A DNA stretch of 17,225 bases from an uncultured archaeon (lineage in GTDB: Archaea; Asgardarchaeota; Lokiarchaeia; Sigyniarchaeales; Promethearchaeaceae). The notes under the pieces were generated by a model, which saw only the letters and a list, made by a program, of their open reading frames with translations, searched no databases and was not told the DNA's origin. Below, one piece after another: positions 8,427 through 16,510 of this stretch. The translations under genes and the position numbers were made by a program. The stretch is from positions 16,920-34,144 of the forward strand of contig CAYRPF010000020.1 in NCBI GenBank assembly GCA_964426185.1, in the 5' to 3' direction. The stretch's first letter is position 1. Each line of letters starts with the position of its first letter.

Positions 8427-9026
8427 TTATTTATTAATTCTAAATTTAGAAAGATTTTGAAGAAATGGATACATTCGAAATAGATCAAAATCGTTTTTTT
8501 TCATCTGCAAGTAATAATTATGTTCAATCTTACGTTCAATTTTGATTAATTTTTCAATGGTTTCCGGATGAAAAAAAGGCACCGCTGAGTTCTTTGGATT
8601 AATACCTGGGCAAAATTTTTCATGATATCGAAAATTCCGTTCCGAGGTCATTACTATGGACCAAAAAGGATATAACTTACACTGTTTGGGCCGATTCTTA
8701 TAAACCTTGCAACCCTTGAAATCTCCATTTTCGATTAAAAAGATGCAATTTTGATCTACTCCAAAATCCAATGCTAATGTTTCCATGGCTTTATGAGCGG
8801 TTAGTTCTTCTAAATTTTCATCCCAGATGGGAAAATTATATTTAGTAATGGTCAGATATTTTTTAGCAAATTCTTTATAAGATAAATTTAATTGAGAAGA
8901 TATTTTTTTGATATCTTCCCAAAAAATAAAAATAAAACCTTCAGAAGAATTAGAACAACACTTCCCACATTTTGTGCATTGAAAAAAAATACCTTGTGAT
9001 GCGGAAGTGCACATTTTCATAAGCAC
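8427..9026 (-). CDS. YkgJ/UPF0153 family Cys-cluster (CxxCxxCC) putative Zn/Fe-S binding protein
   Basis: FQCTKCGKCC, CIFL, CKVYKNRPKQCKLYPFW and CPG motifs. The start is uncertain: GTG 9026, or ATG 9020 or 9014. Confidence 0.88.
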   Translation of the reverse strand: MLMKMCTSASQGIFFQCTKCGKCCSNSSEGFIFIFWEDIKKISSQLNLSYKEFAKKYLTITKYNFPIWDENLEELTAHKAMETLALDFGVDQNCIFLIENGDFKGCKVYKNRPKQCKLYPFWSIVMTSERNFRYHEKFCPGINPKNSAVPFFHPETIEKLIKIERKIEHNYYLQMKKNDFDLFRMYPFLQNLSKFRINK

Positions 9027-9074
9027 TAAAAAATTTCACCACCTTAAAAATATTTATTTTCGTATGCATAATGA

Positions 9075-9128
9075 GAATTATTAATAGCAGAGGGAATCTG
9101 AATTATTAATAGCAGAGGGAATCTGAAT
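9075..9128 (+). repeat. Perfect 25-bp tandem duplication
   Basis: GAATTATTAATAGCAGAGGGAATCT at 9075-9099 and 9100-9124, plus partial GAAT at 9125-9128 running into the ATG at 9127. Confidence 0.97.
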
Positions 9129-9966
9129 GCAATTATTTGAAGTACTAAAATCCGTTGAAACGAAGGAAATACATGGAGAATCCTTAACATCTTTAATCGA
9201 TCCAAGCAAAGCCTATCTAATTACTGATGATTTGACTCATACCATATATTCATATATAGGCCCGCAAGCTACATGGGTTTATCATTTATTGGTAGATCAT
9301 TTAGCAAAAGAAATACGGAGCCATATGGCAACTGTATATCAAATTGAGCCGGTTACTGAAGAAATTTGGAATTCTTGGCAAAATATATCGCTGGATTCTC
9401 AAGGAGTGATTCCATCTATTATCAATCCTGATCTATATGATTTAGAAGAATTAAACCTTTTACTTCAAAAAACTAAAGCTGTTCAACTCCGTATAGATAC
9501 TGCTTGGCGTGAGCATCTCCAACCAGAGGACATCTTAATTTTTCGAAAAATTAAACCCTCTGAAGTATTAGATTTAGTAAAACATCAAGAGATTCCTTCT
9601 TCATATGAACGTGAAATGATTTTAATCAATTCATCAATTTATTCATCACAGTCATCTCTGCTTTCTTTTTTACCTAAACGGAAAATAATTAAGCAATTGA
9701 ATAAATTAGGTGAAATTCCAGAAGGATCATTCTTTTTTGAAGAATATACCCCCCGAATTTTTATTCGAAAAGGTAGAGTTAATGCAATCGAATTATTCCA
9801 TAAAAGATCCATGCATTCTGATTTTAAAAAGTCAGCAGGCACAATTAACTATCCTGTTCTTCCCTTCCCGCGCATACAAAAAGAAAATAATTTCGATTTT
9901 CTTGTAAAAGCCTTCCATCGACCACCTAAAGAATCATTAGAATCATTCCTTGCTCGACAAGAATGA
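9127..9966 (+). CDS. Probable divergent Asgard gelsolin-like protein (one gelsolin-like domain plus X-like domain, 1DGelX-type)
   Basis: The N-terminal pattern LFEV...AYLITDD...IYSYIG..AT...A.EIR...Y.I.PV resembles a gelsolin fold. The C-terminal IP..YEREMIL...LGEIPEGSFF.E.YTPR....G.V.AIEL resembles Asgard gelsolin C-terminal domains as I recall them. No search was run, so the ORF is more secure than the family call. Confidence 0.55.
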   Translation: MQLFEVLKSVETKEIHGESLTSLIDPSKAYLITDDLTHTIYSYIGPQATWVYHLLVDHLAKEIRSHMATVYQIEPVTEEIWNSWQNISLDSQGVIPSIINPDLYDLEELNLLLQKTKAVQLRIDTAWREHLQPEDILIFRKIKPSEVLDLVKHQEIPSSYEREMILINSSIYSSQSSLLSFLPKRKIIKQLNKLGEIPEGSFFFEEYTPRIFIRKGRVNAIELFHKRSMHSDFKKSAGTINYPVLPFPRIQKENNFDFLVKAFHRPPKESLESFLARQE

Positions 9967-9972
9967 TCTCTG

Positions 9973-9977
9973 GGTGA
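9973..9977 (+). promoter_or_regulatory. Archaeal-type Shine-Dalgarno (GGTGA) for cca
   Basis: GGTGA ending 6 nt upstream of the ATG at 9984, within a 17-nt intergenic gap. Confidence 0.55.
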
Positions 9978-9983
9978 AATTGC

Positions 9984-11480
9984 ATGATTACAACAGAAAC
10001 GCGAACTTTTATCCAATCTTTAATTGATAAAAAAAAACAAGAACTAAAACCATCTAAAGAAGAACGTGATCGAGTAAAATCGATTGTAAAATATCTCTCC
10101 GATTTAATTTATTCATCCATTCCTTCATCAGAGATTAAAATTAATTTCATCCTTCCACAAGGTTCCACAGGATTGAAAGATACAGCACTTCGTAATGCTT
10201 CTGATATTGATTTATTTATTGGACTCGACATTTCTATGCTACCAGGTGTTAATGAAAAATCAAAATCACAACTCCGTAATGAGATACGCACCTTATTTAA
10301 GAATTTAATTACAAATTGGCTCATACCACTTTTTAAAGAAAATGATTTGGAAAACCCAGTTATGAAATATGCCGAACACCCTTATATCTCAGCAGTATAT
10401 AGGAAAATGGATTTAGATATAGTTTTTTGTTTTGATCTCTCAGAAAATTTCTTATATCAACGTGGACCTCTAACCGCAGTAGATCGTACTCCTCATCACA
10501 CCAGATATGTTCAAGATCATTTATCCTCCGAACAACATGATGAAGTACGAGTATTGAAGTTTCTGTTTCAAAAATTGCATTGCTATGGAGATAAAAGCCC
10601 AGTTGGTCGTAGTGGATTTCTAGGCTATATTGCAGAATTGTTTATTGTGAAGTACCATTCGGTTATCGGTGTTATGGAAAATTTTAACGATTTAGAATCG
10701 AAAGTAATTTTTTTCCCACCTCAAAATCAGGCATTGAATAATCCATATCAAAATTATCCTATTAAAAAAGTTCGAAAGAAATATTTCCCCAATGATTTTC
10801 TTGTAATTATTGATCCTACAGATATCAATCGCAATGTCGGTTCTTCTGTTTCAAGTCGAGCCTATCGTGTGGTTAGAGATTCATTTTATTCTTTTTTGAA
10901 TCATCCAACTCCAGAATTCATGAATTACTCTCCTTTACCAGATATCCATGAATGTAATTGTAATTACCCATTAGAAAACTTCTTTTATATAGAATGGCTT
11001 ACTACCGATTATGCACATTACACCAAGTTTAGAGATAAAATCTATTCCTTTTTAGATAAATTGATTAAATTTGCGCAAAGAGAATCGACTTTGGAGCCTC
11101 GGTTTGAAAATGTAATTGGTGAATTGGTTTTTAACGTTGAACAAGGGCATTATGCTTTGGCAGTTTATACTTCAACACCGGAAATATCTTCAGAATATTT
11201 ACGAATCGGTCCTAAAGTCGATGAACTCGAACATGTGAATAAATTTCGGCAAAAACATCCTAATGCATATATCCAAGATAATTTCTGGGTCTCCCTTAAA
11301 AACCGTAATTATACACTGTTTATTGAACTTCTTAGAGATTTTCAAGCCAGAAATCCGATAAAATCACTAAAAATGGTTGAAATCGGAGCTGCAACTAATC
11401 TTAATTATTCAAAGCTCGCAGGTCAAAGTATGGGAAACTTAGCTATACATGTTCTTCCTTATGAAATAAGAAAAAATTAA
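9984..11480 (+). CDS. cca: Archaeal (class I) CCA-adding tRNA nucleotidyltransferase
   Basis: GS...DIDLF nucleotidyltransferase signature, YAEHPY, AVDRTPHHT, EVRVLK, GF.GY..EL, IDPTD.NRNV and GP in the tail domain. Confidence 0.93.
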   Translation: MITTETRTFIQSLIDKKKQELKPSKEERDRVKSIVKYLSDLIYSSIPSSEIKINFILPQGSTGLKDTALRNASDIDLFIGLDISMLPGVNEKSKSQLRNEIRTLFKNLITNWLIPLFKENDLENPVMKYAEHPYISAVYRKMDLDIVFCFDLSENFLYQRGPLTAVDRTPHHTRYVQDHLSSEQHDEVRVLKFLFQKLHCYGDKSPVGRSGFLGYIAELFIVKYHSVIGVMENFNDLESKVIFFPPQNQALNNPYQNYPIKKVRKKYFPNDFLVIIDPTDINRNVGSSVSSRAYRVVRDSFYSFLNHPTPEFMNYSPLPDIHECNCNYPLENFFYIEWLTTDYAHYTKFRDKIYSFLDKLIKFAQRESTLEPRFENVIGELVFNVEQGHYALAVYTSTPEISSEYLRIGPKVDELEHVNKFRQKHPNAYIQDNFWVSLKNRNYTLFIELLRDFQARNPIKSLKMVEIGAATNLNYSKLAGQSMGNLAIHVLPYEIRKN

Positions 11481-11497
11481 TAAAAAAAGAAGGAAAT
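11481..11497 (-). terminator. Possible oligo-T terminator for the 805-aa gene
   Basis: The minus strand reads ATTTCCTTCTTTTTTTA directly after the stop codon, in the gap between convergent genes. Confidence 0.35.
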
Positions 11498-13915
11498 CTA
11501 CCGATTTTTCATCTGCATATAACCACATGTACATTCAGCAGCAATATGACCACACATTGGACACAACTCAATTTGCTTTCTCCTATTTGTATTATTTTTT
11601 ATCGGCAATTCTCTCCTTTCGATTTCTTCTTTTTTCATTCCTTTCTCAATTTGAGTTGTTTTAGGCAAAATTGAGATTTTACTCATAGATTCTTTCTTAG
11701 AAGCATCGTTTTCTTGTGCAATCTCTTGCACATTCCCTTCAAGTTTCCGGGAGAGGTTAAAAAATTGGAACAATTCCGTTTCTACTTTTTCTTGCTCTTG
11801 CTCTTTTTTCGGTTTTGGAACCCCGAAAAAGAGTATTTCTTCAAATTTTGAAGAAGAATGATCTAATTTCCTTTCTGCTGGTTGGAAATCTTGCTCCAGA
11901 GGCATCCCATTAGGCTCATGGGATATTGGATCAATATTCTCAGAAACCTTTTTATCTTTTGTAAGAATTTCGCTTGAATCTAGTGATTTTTCTTTAAAAT
12001 TAGAGACTGAATCGGACAATTTCTTAATAATCTCCATTTCCGAAGTTTGAGATGGTTCTGTAATTATTTCAGAAATTTCTGAAGAGTTTGAAGCAGATAT
12101 TGAGGAAATCATAGAAGATTTCAAAGAAATATCTGGTGTTTGCATGTTTCGTTCAAGACCTTTTTCAATTTTAGGCTTTTTTACTGATTTGCGTAGAGGT
12201 GCCTCTGGAATTGCAAAATCGTCATCATCATCATCTTTAGCTTGAAAATACACCACTTTTTGACTAGTTTTTACCTGTTCTGCAATCCTCTCCTTTTTTA
12301 ATGCTTGCACTCTCGGTTCTGGAGTAATTGATTGTGATGTTCTACTTTCTTTCAAATCATGTGAAGAAAAGTCATCCGGTTTTGTTGATTGCGATAGAAA
12401 ATCGGTTGATTTTTGAGTATTTGATTCAATTTTCGGATGAGAAGGAGATTTGGGCTTAGGAATTGAGGGTATTTGTAAATTATTCTTTGAAGTAGGTGAT
12501 TTTGGTTCGTTCTTTTTCATAGAAACTACTGGAGCGATAGGAATTGAGGGTTTTTGTAGCTGGCTAGTGGTTGGTTCTTTAGGAATTGAAGCAAGTGAAC
12601 CACTGAGATGTGTCGGTTTTGAATCTACAAATGGATTGGTCGAATTTAGATCATTTTCATCAGGTATAAAATTCAAAGCGGCTCCCAATGCCAATGCATC
12701 TTCATCCAGTTCGATATCTTCTGGCATAACAAAATCTAAATTATTTTCAAGTGAATCAACGTTAGATTGGGAAATCGAAGGTAAGACCTGTTTTTTTTGA
12801 GAATCAAGGGTTGAATCTTGAAGAGATGACGGAGATGAAGAAGGTAGAGGAGAAGAAGTTGAGGGTATTGGAGGAGAAGATCGAGAGATTGTGGATGCTT
12901 CTAGGGGAGAACTTATTGGTTTGATCTTATTAGCCAACACCGGTGATTTAAGTGAGATCCCAAATGATTCAAGTTTTTTTACAAGATTTTTTCTAAGTTG
13001 AACCCCATTTCTTGCTAAACTGGGAAAGTTAGTTGCTTCAGCAAAATCTACCACAATATCAGTCAACTCTTTTGCTTCTTCGATTATTTGAGGATTCTCA
13101 CTTTTTCCCATAACAAAGGCTCGAAACATGAAAAACTCATGAAGTAAGCGATCTTCGGCCAAATTTCGAGCCATATTAATCCCCCCCTCGATTATATCCA
13201 ATAGTATCTCTGTATTTTCTTTGATTGTTTTTTCTTGTTCTTGTTCAATAATCTTAGACTCCAAATTTTCATAATAATTAATAGTGGCAGCCAAACAATC
13301 TGAACATATAAAATTATCATCTGAAACTTCTGTAGAAAAAGAAGATTGAGAAGATAATGGTCGCAACTGCAAAATACCTTGACAAGTTTTACACCGGTTC
13401 CATTTCTTCCCATTTTCTGTGGATTTTCCAGGTGGTTGATAAAGTATTTTTTCTAAATTCTCGAGAAGAATTTTCCCTGTAGAATCTTGTGTAATTCCTA
13501 CCAAAATTAATTGTCCCCACGCTACTGGAAAATCCACAGGAAATCCTTTCAATTTCTTAAATCCATGAGGCATAAAGCTTAATAAAACATTTTCATCATC
13601 AAGAGTAAGGTTTAAAATGCGATAACCAGGAATAGTTACTTGAAATTCTTGCCCACTTTCAATATCTCGACATGATACATGAATTTTAGGAAGAAAATGG
13701 TAAATTTCGGTGATTCCCGTCATTTCTGCGGTGATTCGTTCAAGTGTGGATGTTTTATCCAGAATTAGCTTGCATCGAACATCAATTACTGTTTTTTGAG
13801 AATCTAAACCAAAGCTAGAATGAAGAATCCATCGTCCTCTTAGCGAAGGAAATTCTTTTTTCTCTTTTGGAAAAATATGAAGGATCTGATTATATGTAAG
13901 TGAATGTTGTGTCAT
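11498..13915 (-). CDS. Hypothetical 805-aa protein: globular N-terminus, two putative Zn-binding Cys clusters, long Ser/Pro/charged low-complexity region
   Basis: Long uninterrupted ORF. CKTC/CSDC pair (C175, C178, C204, C207), S/P-rich tract from about aa 335, DDDDDD run, and C-terminal CPMC-x6-CTC. Confidence 0.85.
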   Translation of the reverse strand: MTQHSLTYNQILHIFPKEKKEFPSLRGRWILHSSFGLDSQKTVIDVRCKLILDKTSTLERITAEMTGITEIYHFLPKIHVSCRDIESGQEFQVTIPGYRILNLTLDDENVLLSFMPHGFKKLKGFPVDFPVAWGQLILVGITQDSTGKILLENLEKILYQPPGKSTENGKKWNRCKTCQGILQLRPLSSQSSFSTEVSDDNFICSDCLAATINYYENLESKIIEQEQEKTIKENTEILLDIIEGGINMARNLAEDRLLHEFFMFRAFVMGKSENPQIIEEAKELTDIVVDFAEATNFPSLARNGVQLRKNLVKKLESFGISLKSPVLANKIKPISSPLEASTISRSSPPIPSTSSPLPSSSPSSLQDSTLDSQKKQVLPSISQSNVDSLENNLDFVMPEDIELDEDALALGAALNFIPDENDLNSTNPFVDSKPTHLSGSLASIPKEPTTSQLQKPSIPIAPVVSMKKNEPKSPTSKNNLQIPSIPKPKSPSHPKIESNTQKSTDFLSQSTKPDDFSSHDLKESRTSQSITPEPRVQALKKERIAEQVKTSQKVVYFQAKDDDDDDFAIPEAPLRKSVKKPKIEKGLERNMQTPDISLKSSMISSISASNSSEISEIITEPSQTSEMEIIKKLSDSVSNFKEKSLDSSEILTKDKKVSENIDPISHEPNGMPLEQDFQPAERKLDHSSSKFEEILFFGVPKPKKEQEQEKVETELFQFFNLSRKLEGNVQEIAQENDASKKESMSKISILPKTTQIEKGMKKEEIERRELPIKNNTNRRKQIELCPMCGHIAAECTCGYMQMKNR
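12457..12558. repeat. Intragenic 21-bp direct repeat (20/21 identical, 81-bp period)
   Basis: TAGGAATTGAGGGTATTTGTA (12457-12477) and TAGGAATTGAGGGTTTTTGTA (12538-12558), encoding LQIPSIP and LQKPSIP. A partial third copy TAGGAATTGA lies at 12580-12589. Confidence 0.8.
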
Positions 13916-13968
13916 GAGAATCGAACTTTAAAATAATGTTGAATAAATTTTTGCTGTCAAGGCTTTGT

Positions 13969-13983
13969 GTTCAAAGTTTGAAC
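13969..13983. promoter_or_regulatory. Palindromic candidate operator upstream of the 805-aa gene
   Basis: GTTCAAA-G-TTTGAAC, 54-68 nt upstream of the start codon, with another GTTCAAAC copy at 14056-14063. Confidence 0.3.
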
Positions 13984-14096
13984 TACATTCTTAGTGAAAT
14001 CAATTGTATGTTGTTCTAAGGACTAATGACATTTCACTCATAAATAATTTGCTCTGTTCAAACATAACAAAATGTTTCTGATGGAAAATAGCCAAA

Positions 14097-14121
14097 AATT
14101 GAAAAAAAATAAATAGCGCGC
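14097..14121 (-). terminator. Possible oligo-T terminator after the EF-2-like gene
   Basis: T8 tract on the minus strand (A8 at 14102-14109) starting 12 nt after the stop codon. Confidence 0.35.
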
Positions 14122-16371
14122 TTATGTGCGCACATAAATGAATCGGTGATAATTTGAACCATCTGGCAATTGTTCTGCCAATCCCTTACGCTTGCGAATA
14201 TCCAAAATATAATTATTCATTAGAGCACGAGGAATTGGTTCAAAACCTGCAAATTCATATCCAAAGAATGCACGACCTTGAGTGGCACCTCGAAAATCAT
14301 CTGCAATTCCTTTCGATAACTCTTCGGCGGGCAATTTACCTTTCACTCGAATATATGCTCCATCGGGTACAATCTCTTCAATTATTCCACGGTGTTGAGT
14401 CAATACCTTTATAATACCTCCTTCAGTTCCAGATGGAGTTTTTACGTCAACTTTCTGAATAGGTTCAAAGAGTTTTGGATCGGCATCGAGGAAACTCAAT
14501 GAGAGTGCTGCCGTAGTCATGGTGGCGATTTCAGAGTATCCAGTGTGGGCAGGATCAACGTGCACATCAGCATCTGTAAACACAGCTTTCACACCCATGA
14601 CAGGTTCTTTGGCTAAAGGACCGTTAGAACACCATTCACGCCAAGCGCTTATTAAATATGATTTAATTCGATCGAGCCGTTGCAATCCACGGGAACCATC
14701 AATCAAAATATTACCTTCATAGACATCCCAAATTTTTCTACCTTCTTTGGCATCCCAACCAGCTTTTTCACGCAATATTTTGGCCATGGATTTAGCATCC
14801 ATCAGTTCGTTTAATTCGCCATCTAAAACTAACTGGGTGGCAATTGGATCTAAGGGTTCCACATACAATATTAACTTGTTATGCCCGTTTGGAGATTTGG
14901 TATGATATGATTTGGATTTCTTGGTTACCATTTCACGATACACTATAATTGGTTCTCCCACTTTTATTTTAACCTGACGGTTAATTCGTTTAGTGATAAT
15001 TTCAATTTGCAAAGGATCGATACCACTGAGAATATATTCTCCAGATTCTTTGTTCAGCGCAAATTTTGCTGTATTATCAGCCATGAGCCATTTTGAGGTG
15101 ACTTCGCCTAATTTACCCAAATCTTGTGGATCAATTGGAGTGATTGAACGTGAAACTACTGGTTCACATGAATATTTAATGCTTTCAAATCGGGGTAATT
15201 CACCTTTATCTTCAAAACTTTCTGCATATTCCTTTGAAACGAAGGTTTCACCAGAGGGACAAATAAATCCGAATAACGCGAATAGGTTTCCAGCGGGTAC
15301 TTGTTCCATATCTAACAGATCGGTAATTTCCATAACACCCAATCGTTTTACTTTATAGCTTTCTCGGCGGTTAACCAAAAAGATGCTGTCTCCTTGATGT
15401 AAGGTGCCTGAAAAGACACGCCCAATTAAGGTGGGTCGGAAAGATTTAGGATCGATGAAAACTTTGGCAATCATACCCATTAAAGGTCCTTTTGGATCAC
15501 TGTTCTTTAAGGCTTTACCTAATTCGGATTCAAAATCGACGTTTTCAACCAATTGGGGAAGACGATATTCACTGGCTTCAATTGGGTTGGGTAAATGATC
15601 GATAACCATCCGCAGTAAGGAATCATCTAAAGGCAAATTCTTGCGCAAGAATTCAATATCACCTTCTTTATATTTTTCAAAAACAAATGTCGGCTTAATT
15701 TTTCGCTCTTGCAGAATTTCCATGGTGAAACCCCAACCGTGTTTGGCAGAACCAAGTGCCACTTGACTTTTTGCGAATGAAACAGTCCAATCCACACCTT
15801 CAGGTTGCAATTCACGAATAAGATTGTTAACATCATTAATGATGGCATCAACTCGTTCGTAAACTTCTTTAGGCTCTAACCTTAATTCGGAAATCAAACG
15901 ATCGACCTTGTTAATATAAACTACTGGTTTGCATTTTTCATTACCAACTGATAGTCGAATGTTAGTTTCAGTCTGAGTCATCATCCCTTCAAGAGCATCT
16001 ACTAACAAGATTGCACCATCAGAGCTCCGTAAAGCCCGCGATACTTCACCAGTAAACGATAAGTGCCCAGGAGTATCGTTGATTTGAAAGATATAAGGAT
16101 CCGAATCTTCCTTACGAGGATCTTCAAATGCGAGTAATACCACAGAAGTAAAAATGGTAATACCACGTGCTTGCTCTTCATCGTCTGAATCCATAGCTTG
16201 CATTGCACCAGCATCTTCGGGTCGCATTAAACCTGCGCGCTTTAGCAAGAAATCAGATGTGGTAGTTTTACCATGATCTATATGAGCCACAATTGAGAAA
16301 ATACGTTTATGATGGTAATCACCTTTGATGACCATATCCTCAATTTGAGCGGCATTTCTAACTTTTACCAT
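14122..16371 (-). CDS. Elongation factor 2 family GTPase, probably the divergent archaeal paralogue aEF-2p
   Basis: G1 AHIDHGKTT, switch I EQARGITI, G3 DTPGH, G4 NKVD, RVFSG, domain IV PIIVYRE/KSPNGHNK and domain V RGATQGRA. The diphthamide loop reads VHVDPAHTG instead of LHED..HRG, and no r-protein genes flank it. Confidence 0.9.
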   Translation of the reverse strand: MVKVRNAAQIEDMVIKGDYHHKRIFSIVAHIDHGKTTTSDFLLKRAGLMRPEDAGAMQAMDSDDEEQARGITIFTSVVLLAFEDPRKEDSDPYIFQINDTPGHLSFTGEVSRALRSSDGAILLVDALEGMMTQTETNIRLSVGNEKCKPVVYINKVDRLISELRLEPKEVYERVDAIINDVNNLIRELQPEGVDWTVSFAKSQVALGSAKHGWGFTMEILQERKIKPTFVFEKYKEGDIEFLRKNLPLDDSLLRMVIDHLPNPIEASEYRLPQLVENVDFESELGKALKNSDPKGPLMGMIAKVFIDPKSFRPTLIGRVFSGTLHQGDSIFLVNRRESYKVKRLGVMEITDLLDMEQVPAGNLFALFGFICPSGETFVSKEYAESFEDKGELPRFESIKYSCEPVVSRSITPIDPQDLGKLGEVTSKWLMADNTAKFALNKESGEYILSGIDPLQIEIITKRINRQVKIKVGEPIIVYREMVTKKSKSYHTKSPNGHNKLILYVEPLDPIATQLVLDGELNELMDAKSMAKILREKAGWDAKEGRKIWDVYEGNILIDGSRGLQRLDRIKSYLISAWREWCSNGPLAKEPVMGVKAVFTDADVHVDPAHTGYSEIATMTTAALSLSFLDADPKLFEPIQKVDVKTPSGTEGGIIKVLTQHRGIIEEIVPDGAYIRVKGKLPAEELSKGIADDFRGATQGRAFFGYEFAGFEPIPRALMNNYILDIRKRKGLAEQLPDGSNYHRFIYVRT

Positions 16372-16510
16372 AAATAATCAACTAAATAACTTTAGGTGTG
16401 ATAGGGAGTGGTGCATAAAATATGAATTTTTGGAATTATTCAGAGTAACTATTATTTTCTGAAAGGAATAACATTTTTTGGGCCAAATAAATTCAAAAAC
16501 TAAAAAATAT

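Noticed and set aside
8393-8488. N-terminal 32 aa of the 853-aa ORF call
   Set aside because: It overlaps the YkgJ gene. AOR homology begins at MTYANKILRINL (ATG 8392).
9075-9128. 25-bp repeat as a CRISPR array
   Set aside because: The copies are directly adjacent with no spacer, there are only two, and no cas genes are present.
12457-12589. SIP repeats as EB1-binding SxIP motifs
   Set aside because: The sequences are PSIP and ASIP, which do not match S-x-I-P.
13993-14040. Stem-loop as a SECIS element
   Set aside because: There is no correctly placed AUGA/GA core on either strand and no neighbouring gene with a plausible in-frame Sec UGA.
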